From Methanomethylophilus sp. (GTDB lineage: Archaea; Thermoplasmatota; Thermoplasmata; Methanomassiliicoccales; Methanomethylophilaceae): DNA of 64,000 bases. A program made the translations under genes and the position numbers. The DNA lies in assembly GCA_050944195.1 (NCBI GenBank), contig JBMNQO010000001.1:50603-114602 (forward strand). Direction: 5' to 3'. The notes under the pieces are model-generated. The model ran no database searches. It was not told the DNA's origin and saw only the letters and a list, made by a program, of their open reading frames with translations. Positions 31,464 to 40,221 of the stretch are shown piece after piece. Within the stretch, counting starts at the first letter, position 1. Every line of letters starts with the position of its first letter.

Positions 31464-33104
31464 ATGTGCGCTACAGTGAAGCCCTATTCGGCGGCCACCG
31501 GCCTGCCGAAGAAGACCCAGTCGATCTGCCCGGAATGCGGGAAGATCCTCGAAGCCAACGTTTTCGAGAAGGACGGGAAGGTTTTCATGGAGAAGACTTG
31601 CCCCGAGCACGGCCGCTTCTGCGACGTCTACTGGTCCGACGCCAAGAAGTACCTCGAGGTCGAGAAGTACGCCAAGGACGGCACCGGCCTCCTCAACCCC
31701 ATGGACAAGTCCCTGAAAGAGGGCGAGAACGTCAACGTCGTCATCGACGGGCAGCGCGTGGACATGATGTCCCCCACCGCCCTGGCCAACATCGACCTCA
31801 CCAACCGGTGCAACATGAAGTGCCCCATCTGCTTCGCCAACGCGAACGACGCCGGGTACGTCTACGAGCCCGACTTCGACACCGTCTGCAAGATGCTGGA
31901 CACCCTCAGGGCCGAGCAGCCGATCAAATGCACCGCGGTGCAGTTCTCCGGCGGCGAGCCGACCGTCTACCCGAAGCTGGTGGAGGTCATCAAGGCCGCC
32001 AAGGAGAGGCACTTCGCCCAGGTGCAGATCGCCACCAACGGGATCGTCTTCGCCAAGGACTACGAGAAGCTCAAGGAGTGCGCCCAGGCCGGCCTGAACA
32101 CCATCTACCTGCAGTTCGACGGCCTCGACGACGACATCTACATGAGGTCCCGCGGCCGCAAGATGATGAAGGTCAAGGAGGGCGTCATCGCCAACTGCCA
32201 GAAGCTCAAGAAGGAGACCGGCCACAGCCCCTCCATCGTGCTCGTCGTGACCACCGTGCGCGGCCTCAACGACCACCAGATCGGCGACATCCTGAAGTAC
32301 GCCATGAAGAACATGGACGTCGTCAGGGGAGTCAACTACCAGCCCGTCGCCTTCACCGGCAGGGTCACCCACGAGGAGGTCAGCGAGGGCAGGATCACCC
32401 TCACCGACGTCGCGAAAGCGGTCAACGACGAGACCGGCTTCACCGACATGAGCGACTGGTACCCCGTGCCCACCGTGGCCGGCATCTCCAACTACGCGTC
32501 CATCATCCTGGGCCAGAACAAGATAACCTTCCCGACCCACCCGCACTGCGGGCTCGCCACCTACCTGTTCATTGACGACAAGGGCAAAGTGACCCCGCTG
32601 CCGAGGATCATCGAGGTCGAGAAGTTCGTGAAGGGCCTCGACGAGTTCGCCGGCAAGGCGGAGAAGGCCACCTTCAAGAAGCTCACCGTGCTCAAGGTCA
32701 GGAAGCTCCTGCTCAACTGCATCCGCGAGGAGAACCTCCCCGAGGGCATGACCAAGGACGACGTGGTGGACGCGCTGGTCAGCATCATGAGCAAGAAGTC
32801 CAAGACCGCCCTCGCGAAGTTCTCCTGGGGCGCCATGTACGTCGGCGCCATGCACTTCCAGGACTCCTACAACTACGACATCGAGAGGGTCAGGAGGTGC
32901 TCCATCCACTACGTCACCCCCGACTGCAAGGTCATCCCGTTCTGCGCCTACAACAGCGGGATCGACATGCGCGTCGAGACCGAGAAGAAGTTCTCGGTGC
33001 CCCTGGCCGAGTGGAAGAAGACGCACGCCGAGGAGGCCAAGCAGCTCGAGGCCGCCCTCATCGTGCCGAAGGACCCCGAGGAGCAGCCCGAGGAGAAGGC
33101 CTGA
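31464..33104 (+). CDS. tes: Radical SAM tetraether lipid synthase (Tes / GDGT-MAS, MJ0619 family)
   Basis: N-terminal zinc ribbon CPECGKILEANVFEKDGKVFMEKTCPEHG, radical SAM NRCNMKCPICF, GGEPT, IYLQFDGLDD, VRGVNYQPVAFTGR and a C-terminal RCSIHYVTPDCKVIPFCAYN. These match my recollection of the MJ0619 family. Confidence 0.8.
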   Translation: MCATVKPYSAATGLPKKTQSICPECGKILEANVFEKDGKVFMEKTCPEHGRFCDVYWSDAKKYLEVEKYAKDGTGLLNPMDKSLKEGENVNVVIDGQRVDMMSPTALANIDLTNRCNMKCPICFANANDAGYVYEPDFDTVCKMLDTLRAEQPIKCTAVQFSGGEPTVYPKLVEVIKAAKERHFAQVQIATNGIVFAKDYEKLKECAQAGLNTIYLQFDGLDDDIYMRSRGRKMMKVKEGVIANCQKLKKETGHSPSIVLVVTTVRGLNDHQIGDILKYAMKNMDVVRGVNYQPVAFTGRVTHEEVSEGRITLTDVAKAVNDETGFTDMSDWYPVPTVAGISNYASIILGQNKITFPTHPHCGLATYLFIDDKGKVTPLPRIIEVEKFVKGLDEFAGKAEKATFKKLTVLKVRKLLLNCIREENLPEGMTKDDVVDALVSIMSKKSKTALAKFSWGAMYVGAMHFQDSYNYDIERVRRCSIHYVTPDCKVIPFCAYNSGIDMRVETEKKFSVPLAEWKKTHAEEAKQLEAALIVPKDPEEQPEEKA

Positions 33105-33130
33105 GGGCCGAAAGGAACGGAGGAGAGAGA

Positions 33131-33535
33131 ATGCCTGTCGCGAAGAAGAAAGCGCCGGCCAAGAAGGCAGCCGCCAAGAAGACCGCAGTCAAGAAGACGG
33201 TCGCGAAGAAGGCCGCACCCAAGGCCGCGGCCAAGAAGACGACCGTTGCTAAGAAGACCGCCGCGAAGACCGCCGCGAAGAAAGCGCCCGCCAAGACCCA
33301 GAAGTCCGCTTCCAAGTCCGCCGCGGCCAAGACCGCGAAGAAAGCGCCCGCGAAGCACGTCGCGGTCAACACCCAGAAATGCCTGCACTGCGGGGGATGC
33401 GTGGGCTCCTGCCCCAAGAACGCCATCTTCCTGTGCGACTTCATCCTCACGTTCGACGACAAGGCCTGCACCCGCTGCGGGCGCTGCGTGAGGCTGTGCC
33501 CCGTCGGGGCCCTCTCCCTGGAGGCGAGCAGATGA
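33131..33535 (+). CDS. 2x[4Fe-4S] ferredoxin with ~75-aa Lys/Ala-rich N-terminal tail
   Basis: C-terminal CLHCGGCVGSCP...CTRCGRCVRLCP. The N-terminus is MPVAKKKAPAKKAAAKKTAVKK... GGAGG RBS upstream. The stop overlaps the GGR start (ATGA). Confidence 0.8.
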   Translation: MPVAKKKAPAKKAAAKKTAVKKTVAKKAAPKAAAKKTTVAKKTAAKTAAKKAPAKTQKSASKSAAAKTAKKAPAKHVAVNTQKCLHCGGCVGSCPKNAIFLCDFILTFDDKACTRCGRCVRLCPVGALSLEASR

Positions 33536-34728
33536 AGCAGATGAAATGCGAGGTGCTGGTGGTCGGGGCCGGTCCCGCCGGCGGCATGGCGGCCAAGTCG
33601 TGCGCCGAGAAGGGCATCGACACCATCCTCATCGAGAAGAAGCCGGAGATCGGCGCCCCCCTGAGGTGCGCCGAGGGCGTCTCCAAGAAGATGTTCAAGG
33701 AGATTGGCATCGAGCCCCGTCCCGAGTGGATCAGGGCCGACATGAAGGGCGCGGTCATCGTCGCCCCCAACGGGACCTCCTTCCAGCTTGATGAATCCAA
33801 AGCGGGCGCCGAGGTCGGCTACGTGCTGGAGAGGCACCTCTTCGACAAGGGCATCGCCGCCCTCGCGGTCGAGGCCGGCGCGAAGCTCCTGATGCGCACC
33901 TGGATGACCGGGCCGATAAAGAAGGGCAAGAAGATCGTCGGGGCGCACTGCGTCTCCATGGGCGAGCCGCTCGACATCTACTGCGACTGCATCGTCGGCG
34001 CCGACGGGATCGAATCCCAGGTGGGCCGCTGGTGCGGCATCGACACCACCCTCAAGATGAACGACATCGAGCCCTGCATCCAGTACCGCATGGCGGGCGT
34101 GGACTGCTCGATGGAGTTCTGCGAGTTCCGGCTGGGGCTCGAGGTCGCCCCCGGAGGGTACCTCTGGATCTTCCCCAAGGGCAACGGCATCGCCAACGTC
34201 GGGATCGGCATCATGGGCACCTTCTGCAAGAACGGCGTGAGGCCCAAGCAGTTCCTCGACAAGTTCATCGCCGAGGACCCCCGCTTCAAGAACGCCCAGG
34301 TCATCGAGATCGACGCCGGGTTCGATTCCACCTGCCCCGGCCTGGAGAACGGCTACTCCACGGACAACGTCCTGCTGGTCGGCGACTCCGCGAGGCTCAT
34401 CGACCCGCTCACCGGCGGCGGCATCGGGCACGCCTGCGTGTCCGGCATGTACGCCGGCGAGGTGCTGGCCGAGTGCAAGAAGAACGGCGACTACTCCGCC
34501 AAGGCCCTGAAGGCCTACGACAAGAAGATCCAGAAGCGCATGGAGGACAACCTCTACCGCGACTGGATGGCGAAGGAGCGCCTGGCGGAGCTCGACGACG
34601 ACACCCTCAACCAGGTCATCGACCTGATCAAGAACGCCGACATCGAGCACGTGAACGTCGAGAACCTGCTGAAGGCCATCAAGGAGAAGTTCCCGAAGGT
34701 CGTCGAAGGGTTCGAGGACCTCATCTGA
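33532..34728 (+). CDS. Digeranylgeranylglycerophospholipid (geranylgeranyl) reductase
   Basis: FAD fold VLVVGAGPAGG, RCAEG, GGYLWIFPKG, LLVGDSARLIDPLTGGGI; about 398 aa. Confidence 0.9.
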   Translation: MKQMKCEVLVVGAGPAGGMAAKSCAEKGIDTILIEKKPEIGAPLRCAEGVSKKMFKEIGIEPRPEWIRADMKGAVIVAPNGTSFQLDESKAGAEVGYVLERHLFDKGIAALAVEAGAKLLMRTWMTGPIKKGKKIVGAHCVSMGEPLDIYCDCIVGADGIESQVGRWCGIDTTLKMNDIEPCIQYRMAGVDCSMEFCEFRLGLEVAPGGYLWIFPKGNGIANVGIGIMGTFCKNGVRPKQFLDKFIAEDPRFKNAQVIEIDAGFDSTCPGLENGYSTDNVLLVGDSARLIDPLTGGGIGHACVSGMYAGEVLAECKKNGDYSAKALKAYDKKIQKRMEDNLYRDWMAKERLAELDDDTLNQVIDLIKNADIEHVNVENLLKAIKEKFPKVVEGFEDLI

Positions 34729-34736
34729 AAAACATT

Positions 34737-34765
34737 TCCGGGGGCCGCAAGGCCCCCGGCTTTTA
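34737..34765 (+). terminator. Intrinsic-like terminator after the reductase gene
   Basis: CCGGGGGCC gcaa GGCCCCCGG (9 bp, GCAA loop) followed by CTTTTATT. Confidence 0.55.
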
Positions 34766-34804
34766 TTGTATTGAAACCGGCCTCAATTTAGGCCGTAAAT
34801 CGAT

Positions 34805-34813
34805 TGTGCCAGA
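34805..34813 (+). repeat. TGTGCCAGA motif copy
   Basis: Exact 9-mer in the spacer between the convergent reductase and mevalonate kinase genes. Confidence 0.7.
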
Positions 34814-34821
34814 CAGGAGAT

Positions 34822-35856
34822 TCAGGAAGACGGTTCTTCCTTCTTCTTCTCCCCGTTCCCGCCGCTCTGCTTGTGCTTCTTGGAGCGCCAGCGGTGGCGG
34901 CTCTTCCCGTCGCCCTCGCGGAGCTTGACGGTGACCCCGGGCACGCCGGTCTTCACCACGTAGGCGGTCCCGCCGTGGGCGCGGATCTCCTTCACCACCT
35001 TGTCGGGGCGGTCGGTGAGGGCCACCATGCAGCCTCCCCCGCCGGAGCCGGTGAGCTTGGCCCCGTAGGAGTACGGAAGCACGGCGTCGACCATGTGGTT
35101 CAGCTCGTTGCAGGAGACGCCCAAAATGGACAGCAGGCGGTGGTCGTAGGTCATCAGCGCCCCGAGCTCCTCGAGGTCGTTGTTCCTCATTGCCTTCATG
35201 CCGTCGAGGGTGATGTCGCCGATCTCCTCGATGATGTCCGCCGCCAGGCGGTTGGTCTCCTTGAGCTTCTTCACCTTCTCCACCAGGGGGCCGGTGGCGG
35301 CCTTGATCCCGGTGTTGCCGATGACGAACTGCATCTCCGGGACGTCGATCTTCGAGATGTCCCAGGCCCTGTCCTCCTTCTCGATGTGCCAGAGGAAGTC
35401 CTTGTCCTCGTAGGGCACGTTGAGGGCGATGCCGAGGCCGTGCGCGGAGGTGGAGGTGTCCATGGGGCTCCCCCGGCCCTGCGCGGCGTACTCGGCCTCG
35501 AAGGCGAGGCGGGCGATCGACTCCTCGTCGGTCGGGAGCCCCTCGAGCTTGCTGATGGCCGCCGCATAGGCGCAGGAGAGCGCCGCCGACGACCCCAAAC
35601 CGGAGCCGGAGGGCACCCTCCCGTCCACGAAGATGGAGACCGGCGACTTGCCGATCTTGTCGGAGATGTACCTCATGTGGGGGCTCATGTTGTACGGGGC
35701 CGCCGGCTGCCCGTTGACCATGTACTTCTCGCTCCGCTTGACGCGGATGCTGAAGCGCATGTTCATGGCGAGGGTGATGGCCGGCTTGCCGTAGACCACG
35801 GCGTGCTCGCCGAGGACGACGAACTTGCCCGGAGCGGACGCGGATACGTAGGTCAT
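34822..35856 (-). CDS. mvk: Mevalonate kinase with basic C-terminal tail
   Basis: GKFVVLGEHAVVYGKPAI, GLGSSAA and KLTGSGGGGC GHMP-kinase motifs. The last ~30 aa are K/R-rich. ATG 35856 overlaps the upstream stop (ATGA). Confidence 0.85.
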   Translation of the reverse strand: MTYVSASAPGKFVVLGEHAVVYGKPAITLAMNMRFSIRVKRSEKYMVNGQPAAPYNMSPHMRYISDKIGKSPVSIFVDGRVPSGSGLGSSAALSCAYAAAISKLEGLPTDEESIARLAFEAEYAAQGRGSPMDTSTSAHGLGIALNVPYEDKDFLWHIEKEDRAWDISKIDVPEMQFVIGNTGIKAATGPLVEKVKKLKETNRLAADIIEEIGDITLDGMKAMRNNDLEELGALMTYDHRLLSILGVSCNELNHMVDAVLPYSYGAKLTGSGGGGCMVALTDRPDKVVKEIRAHGGTAYVVKTGVPGVTVKLREGDGKSRHRWRSKKHKQSGGNGEKKKEEPSS

Positions 35857-36377
35857 TCGTTCAGCCCGTACTTCTTCAGCGTTTCCTTGATGGCGTCGTT
35901 GGGGTTCCTCCCGTCCAGCAGGGGCTGGGGGATGTCCCACCAGGCGTCCTCGAAATCAGAGAGGGCGCGGGCGTACTCCTCCTTGTCCTTGTACTTGTCC
36001 GGGTCGACGCTCTCGAGGGCCTTCTGCTGCTCGGCGAAGAGGTTCACCTTGTACCGCATGTTGGTGAGCGCCACGCCCATGAAGATGTCGAAGTCCGAGA
36101 AGGTGTCCGGGGCGGTCTCCGGCTGCTGCGAGTCGGCGAACATGTCGAGCACCGCCTGGGCGGTCATCTTGAAGACCATCTGCATCCTGGCCTTCTCGTT
36201 CGGGAGCTTCATGGCCTTGACCTGCTCGTAGAGGTTCTCGAACCAGAGGTCGTTCATGGCGCTGACGCGGTTGCCGTTCAGCCCGTAGACGAAGTCCTGG
36301 GCCTTCTTGGCCTCGTCGTTCATGTCGTCGGGCTCGTCGCCGCCGAAGAGGTAGCTGTTGGGGTCCTCGTCGGTCAT
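35853..36377 (-). CDS. Acidic hypothetical protein (174 aa)
   Basis: Protein-like composition with no family I recognise. It is translationally coupled (ATGA overlaps) to the aminotransferase upstream and mevalonate kinase downstream. Confidence 0.55.
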   Translation of the reverse strand: MTDEDPNSYLFGGDEPDDMNDEAKKAQDFVYGLNGNRVSAMNDLWFENLYEQVKAMKLPNEKARMQMVFKMTAQAVLDMFADSQQPETAPDTFSDFDIFMGVALTNMRYKVNLFAEQQKALESVDPDKYKDKEEYARALSDFEDAWWDIPQPLLDGRNPNDAIKETLKKYGLNE

Positions 36378-37525
36378 GCTGACTCCCTCCTGAGCTTCCT
36401 GACGGTGGCGTCGAGGATGTCCATCCCCTTGGAGATCTTCTCCTCGCTGGCGGCGTAGGAGAACCGCAGGTGCCCCTCGCCGTAGGTGCCGAAGGCGGAG
36501 CCGGGGGTGCAGATGAGCCCGGCCTTCACCAGCTCGGCCGCCAGGTCGGCGGACTTCATCTTCATGTCATAGGAGGGGAAGGCGTAGAACGCGCCCTTCG
36601 GGGGCTCGAGGCTGAACCCGGGGACCTCGTTCAGGCGCTTCGAGATGAGGTCCCTGCGCGCCTTGTAGACCTTCCTCGCGTTGTCCAGGTAGGGGTCGAT
36701 GTGCGGCATCGCGTTGAGCACGCCGTACATGGCCGGCATCCCGGGGCTGGCGCACACGTGGTACTGCATCTTGATGAGGGCGTCCATGCAGTCCTCGTTG
36801 GCCATCACGAAGCCGAGCCTCCACCCGGTCACCGCCATCATCTTGGAGAACCCTCCGACGACCACGGCGCGGTCGAGGTAGGGGAGGAAGGACTGGTGCT
36901 TCCCCTCGTAGATGAAGGACTCGTAGACTTCGTCGGCCATGATCATCACGTCTTTGTCCTGCGCGATGTCCGCGAGGGCGTTGCGGGTCTCCTCGGTGAG
37001 CACCCCGCCCGTGGGGTTGGCGGGGTTGTTGACGACGATCATCTTGGTGTCCCCGGTGATCTTCGACTGGATGTCGTCAATATCGGGCTGGAAATCGCCC
37101 TCGGTGAGGCGGTACTCCACCGGCTTCCCGCCGGCGAGCTTGGCGTGCGGGGCGTAGATGACGAAGCCGGGCGAGGGCACGAGCACCTCGTCGCCCGGGT
37201 CGACGAACGACTGGGACATCTCGAGGAGGGCGGTCGAGCCGCTCGGTGTGATGATGACGTTCTTGCCCTTCAGGTCGGGGTTGTAGCGGGAGAACCTCTG
37301 CGCGACGGCGTCCCTGAGCTCGGGGATGCCGGCGGTGGGCGAGTACTTGTTCTTCCCGGCGAGGGCGGCCGCGTTCATGCCCTCGATGGCCTCCTTCGGG
37401 GGGTCGAGGTCCGGCTCTCCCAGCCCGAGGTTGATGGAATCAGGCTTCGCCAGGTCGAACATCTTCCTGATCCCGGACATCGGGACGGACTGGAGCCTGT
37501 CGGAGACCTTCATGCCTCTGTTCAT
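36374..37525 (-). CDS. Class I/II pyridoxal-phosphate aminotransferase (aspartate aminotransferase family)
   Basis: SGIRKMFDLA, LGLGEPD, NPANPTGG and FSKMMAVTGWRLG (PLP lysine context). Start at ATG 37525 or 37513. Confidence 0.85.
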   Translation of the reverse strand: MNRGMKVSDRLQSVPMSGIRKMFDLAKPDSINLGLGEPDLDPPKEAIEGMNAAALAGKNKYSPTAGIPELRDAVAQRFSRYNPDLKGKNVIITPSGSTALLEMSQSFVDPGDEVLVPSPGFVIYAPHAKLAGGKPVEYRLTEGDFQPDIDDIQSKITGDTKMIVVNNPANPTGGVLTEETRNALADIAQDKDVMIMADEVYESFIYEGKHQSFLPYLDRAVVVGGFSKMMAVTGWRLGFVMANEDCMDALIKMQYHVCASPGMPAMYGVLNAMPHIDPYLDNARKVYKARRDLISKRLNEVPGFSLEPPKGAFYAFPSYDMKMKSADLAAELVKAGLICTPGSAFGTYGEGHLRFSYAASEEKISKGMDILDATVRKLRRESA

Positions 37526-37634
37526 GGCCTGGGCATATGCTCGGAGGGGTATAAATGTTCGAGAGAAGGGGGCGCTGTCCCACATTGCGATCCGGGATGC
37601 TAGTTTAATAAGGGCGCCTGCGGTAAGGAGCCCC

Positions 37635-38009
37635 ATGAAGTTCGGACTCCCGGAGGCGTCGATCACCCTGCTGGCGGTGGGCATCGTCGTCACGGTCTTC
37701 GCCACCCTCGAGTACACGGGGGTATGGAGCAACCCCGTCCCGGGCGTGCTCATCTATCTGGGATATGCGATGATCATCGCCGGCATCGTCATCTTCGAGG
37801 TTGCCGTCAGGCAGGGGAAGCGCTCCATCGAGGACTACGAGAAGGACGTCAGGTTCTGCGCCCTGCTCTCCGCCGTCCCCGACGACGGGGACTACGTCGT
37901 CGACCTCACCGGGGAGGTCACGGAGGCGCCCGACACCACCCTCGAGGACCTCACCGCCGTGAATGTGCCAGACAGCGGGAAAGAGGAGAAAGAGGAGGCC
38001 TCCGCATGA
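37635..38009 (+). CDS. Small membrane protein (2 TM) with acidic C-terminus
   Basis: AAGGAG RBS 7 nt upstream of the ATG. There are two hydrophobic helices. The stop overlaps the next gene's start (ATGA). Confidence 0.5.
   Translation: MKFGLPEASITLLAVGIVVTVFATLEYTGVWSNPVPGVLIYLGYAMIIAGIVIFEVAVRQGKRSIEDYEKDVRFCALLSAVPDDGDYVVDLTGEVTEAPDTTLEDLTAVNVPDSGKEEKEEASA
37964..37972 (+). repeat. TGTGCCAGA motif copy (inside coding sequence)
   Basis: Exact 9-mer about 35 nt before the stop of the small membrane-protein gene. Confidence 0.6.
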
Positions 38010-39157
38010 CCTCCGGGAAGGCGCTCAACGCCGAGATGCTGTACTACATGTTCGACGCCTCCAACATGCACCGGTGGAACGACCACCTGCGCACCCTCGA
38101 CCTCACCGAGCTCGACAAGCAGGCGCACAAGGCCGCCATCGCGTGGGTCCTCGGGAAGTGCGAGGAAGATGAGGGTAACAAGATCGACTGGGAGAAGCTT
38201 ATCAGGAACAACCTCTACGCCTTCATCCAGCGGGTCGCCCTGACCGACCTCAAGCCGGAGATCTACCACCGCATCGGGAGGGAGAAGTCCGAGGGCATGA
38301 GCAGGTACGTCCTCGAGGAGTTCGGCAGGAGGGCCCCGGACATGCCGGAGGACTTCACCAAGGGCTTCGAGGAGTACCTCTTCTCCGAGAAGTCCTCGCG
38401 GGAGGACGCGGTCATCCGCGCCGCCCACTACCTGGCGACCCGCTGGGAGTTCCAGAAGATCTACGACGCCAACCGCTCGGTGTACGGCATCGAGGACACC
38501 CGCAGGGAGATCGATAAGCAGATTTCGCAGCACGAGAACCTCGCCGGGGTGAGGGAGATGATGTCCCCCGATTCGGACCTCTGGCACTTCGTCGACGTGG
38601 TGGGGCAGCTGCGGTTCCAGCAGCGGTGGGCGCGGTCCCCCCGCATCCCCAAGACCACCGTCCTCGGGCATTCGTTGTTAGTAGCGGACTCGGCGTACCT
38701 CGCCGACCGCGACGCGGGGGTCACCGGGAAGCAGGTCTACGACGACTTCTTCACCGGCCTCTTCCACGACCTGCCGGAGGTGCTGACCAAGGACGTCATC
38801 ACCCCCGTCAAGACCAGCGTGAGCGGCCTCCCGGAGCTGTTGGGGGACATCGAGAAGGAGCTCATGGAGAAGCGCGTCATCCCCCTCATCCCCGAGGGCT
38901 GGCGGGACGAGCTGAAGTTCTTCGCCTACGAGCCCTTCGTCGATTCGGAGGACCCCCCGCGCGACGGGAAGAGGGTGAAGGCCTGCGACTGGATGGGCGC
39001 GTGGATCGAGGCCCACGTCTCCATCTGCTACGGCGTCACCTCCAAGTCCCTGCGGGACGGGGAGCGCGACATCGGCAACAAGCTGATGACGCCCGGCTAC
39101 GGCGACCGCATCGGGGCGGCCCAGATACTCGAAGACTTCCGGAAGATGGACATTTGA
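38006..39157 (+). CDS. HD-domain phosphohydrolase with two YfbR-like modules
   Basis: First module NMHRWNDH...ELDKQAHKA; second module RFQQRWARSP...VLGHSLLVA...FHDLPE; about 383 aa. Confidence 0.6.
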   Translation: MTSGKALNAEMLYYMFDASNMHRWNDHLRTLDLTELDKQAHKAAIAWVLGKCEEDEGNKIDWEKLIRNNLYAFIQRVALTDLKPEIYHRIGREKSEGMSRYVLEEFGRRAPDMPEDFTKGFEEYLFSEKSSREDAVIRAAHYLATRWEFQKIYDANRSVYGIEDTRREIDKQISQHENLAGVREMMSPDSDLWHFVDVVGQLRFQQRWARSPRIPKTTVLGHSLLVADSAYLADRDAGVTGKQVYDDFFTGLFHDLPEVLTKDVITPVKTSVSGLPELLGDIEKELMEKRVIPLIPEGWRDELKFFAYEPFVDSEDPPRDGKRVKACDWMGAWIEAHVSICYGVTSKSLRDGERDIGNKLMTPGYGDRIGAAQILEDFRKMDI

Positions 39158-40182
39158 GCTGGAAGGTAGGGGACCTGACGGTGGACGGCCGCGCCGTCCT
39201 CGCGCCCATGTCGGGCTATACCTCCCGCGCCTACCGCCTGTTCATGAAGCCGTTCGGCACCGCCGCCGACGTTTCAGAAATGGTGTCCGCGGCGGGGATA
39301 ATCCACAACACCGACCGCTCCTGGGACTACATAGGGACGGACACCCGCCCCTACGGCCTGCAGCTCTTCGGCTCGGACCCGGAACTGGTGGCGAAGGCGG
39401 CCGCGGCGGCCGTTGACTTCGACCCCGACATCGACTTCATCGACATCAACATGGGATGCCCGGTGAACAAGATCGCCCGGAGCCTCTCGGGGGCGGTCAT
39501 GATGAAGGACCCCGCCAACTGCGGGGCGGTGGTCAGGGCCGTGAAGAGGGCGGTGGACGTCCCCGTCACCGCCAAGATCCGCCTGGGCCAGACGGCCTCC
39601 TCGATCAATTTCCGCGACGTGATCTCGGAACTGGAGGCGGCGGATGTCGACTGCATCGCGCTCCACGTCCGTACCCGGGAGGAGCGCTACTCCGGCGACC
39701 CGCACTGGGACCTCGCCGAAGGTCTCGGCGACGAGATGTCGGTGCCTTTGGTGGTCTCCGGGAACATCTACCAATTGGACGATGCGATAAAGGCGGTGAG
39801 GTCCTCTCGCGCCTCCGCCGTGATGGTAGCGAGGGGCGGGATCGGCAATCCCTTCTTAGTGACCCAGATCGACCGTTTCTTCCGCGACGGGGAGCGGCTC
39901 CCGAACCCCACCGTGGAGCAGCAGGTAGGCTGGTGCCTCAAGCTGATGGATATGATCCTGGAGGAGAAGGGCCCCGAGACCGGCTTCATGAAGCTCCGCA
40001 GCTACGTGCCGCGGTTCGCCGCCGGCATCCGCTACTGCCGCGCCTACCGCAACGCCCTCGCCTGCGCCGGGAGCGTGCAGGAGATGAAAGGGATTCTCGA
40101 AGACCTGAGGGAAAGAGCGGGCTCCGAGCGGATCTACTCGTACGGCGTGCGCGAGGGCATGCCGGACGAGGATTTTGAATGA
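39154..40182 (+). CDS. dus: tRNA-dihydrouridine synthase
   Basis: VLAPMSGYTSRAYR, IDINMGCPVNK and NPF motifs. Inferred TTG start at 39154 overlaps the upstream stop (TTGA); no in-frame ATG lies upstream of the conserved APM motif. Confidence 0.85.
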   Translation: MSWKVGDLTVDGRAVLAPMSGYTSRAYRLFMKPFGTAADVSEMVSAAGIIHNTDRSWDYIGTDTRPYGLQLFGSDPELVAKAAAAAVDFDPDIDFIDINMGCPVNKIARSLSGAVMMKDPANCGAVVRAVKRAVDVPVTAKIRLGQTASSINFRDVISELEAADVDCIALHVRTREERYSGDPHWDLAEGLGDEMSVPLVVSGNIYQLDDAIKAVRSSRASAVMVARGGIGNPFLVTQIDRFFRDGERLPNPTVEQQVGWCLKLMDMILEEKGPETGFMKLRSYVPRFAAGIRYCRAYRNALACAGSVQEMKGILEDLRERAGSERIYSYGVREGMPDEDFE

Positions 40183-40191
40183 AAAATTGAA

Positions 40192-40209
40192 CCGGGGGAG
40201 ATCCCCCGG
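40192..40209. terminator. Shared hairpin between convergent dus and serS
   Basis: CCGGGGG agat CCCCCGG. On the minus strand it is followed by TTCAATTTTTC, which would serve serS. Confidence 0.45.
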
Positions 40210-40221
40210 ATGAGATGTTTC

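Noticed and set aside
31347-33026. N-terminal 560-aa extension of the giant minus-strand ORF (the track lists 27408..33026, 1872 aa).
   Set aside because: The extension overlaps the well-supported plus-strand Tes-type radical SAM gene and has shadow-ORF composition. A basic stretch plus a hydrophobic helix at ATG 31346 gives a natural start.
33131-33360. Repetitive GCC/AAG-rich DNA that looked like a tandem repeat or mini-satellite.
   Set aside because: It is in frame with, and directly continuous with, the ferredoxin core and has an RBS in front. I read it as a coding low-complexity K/A tail rather than a non-coding repeat.
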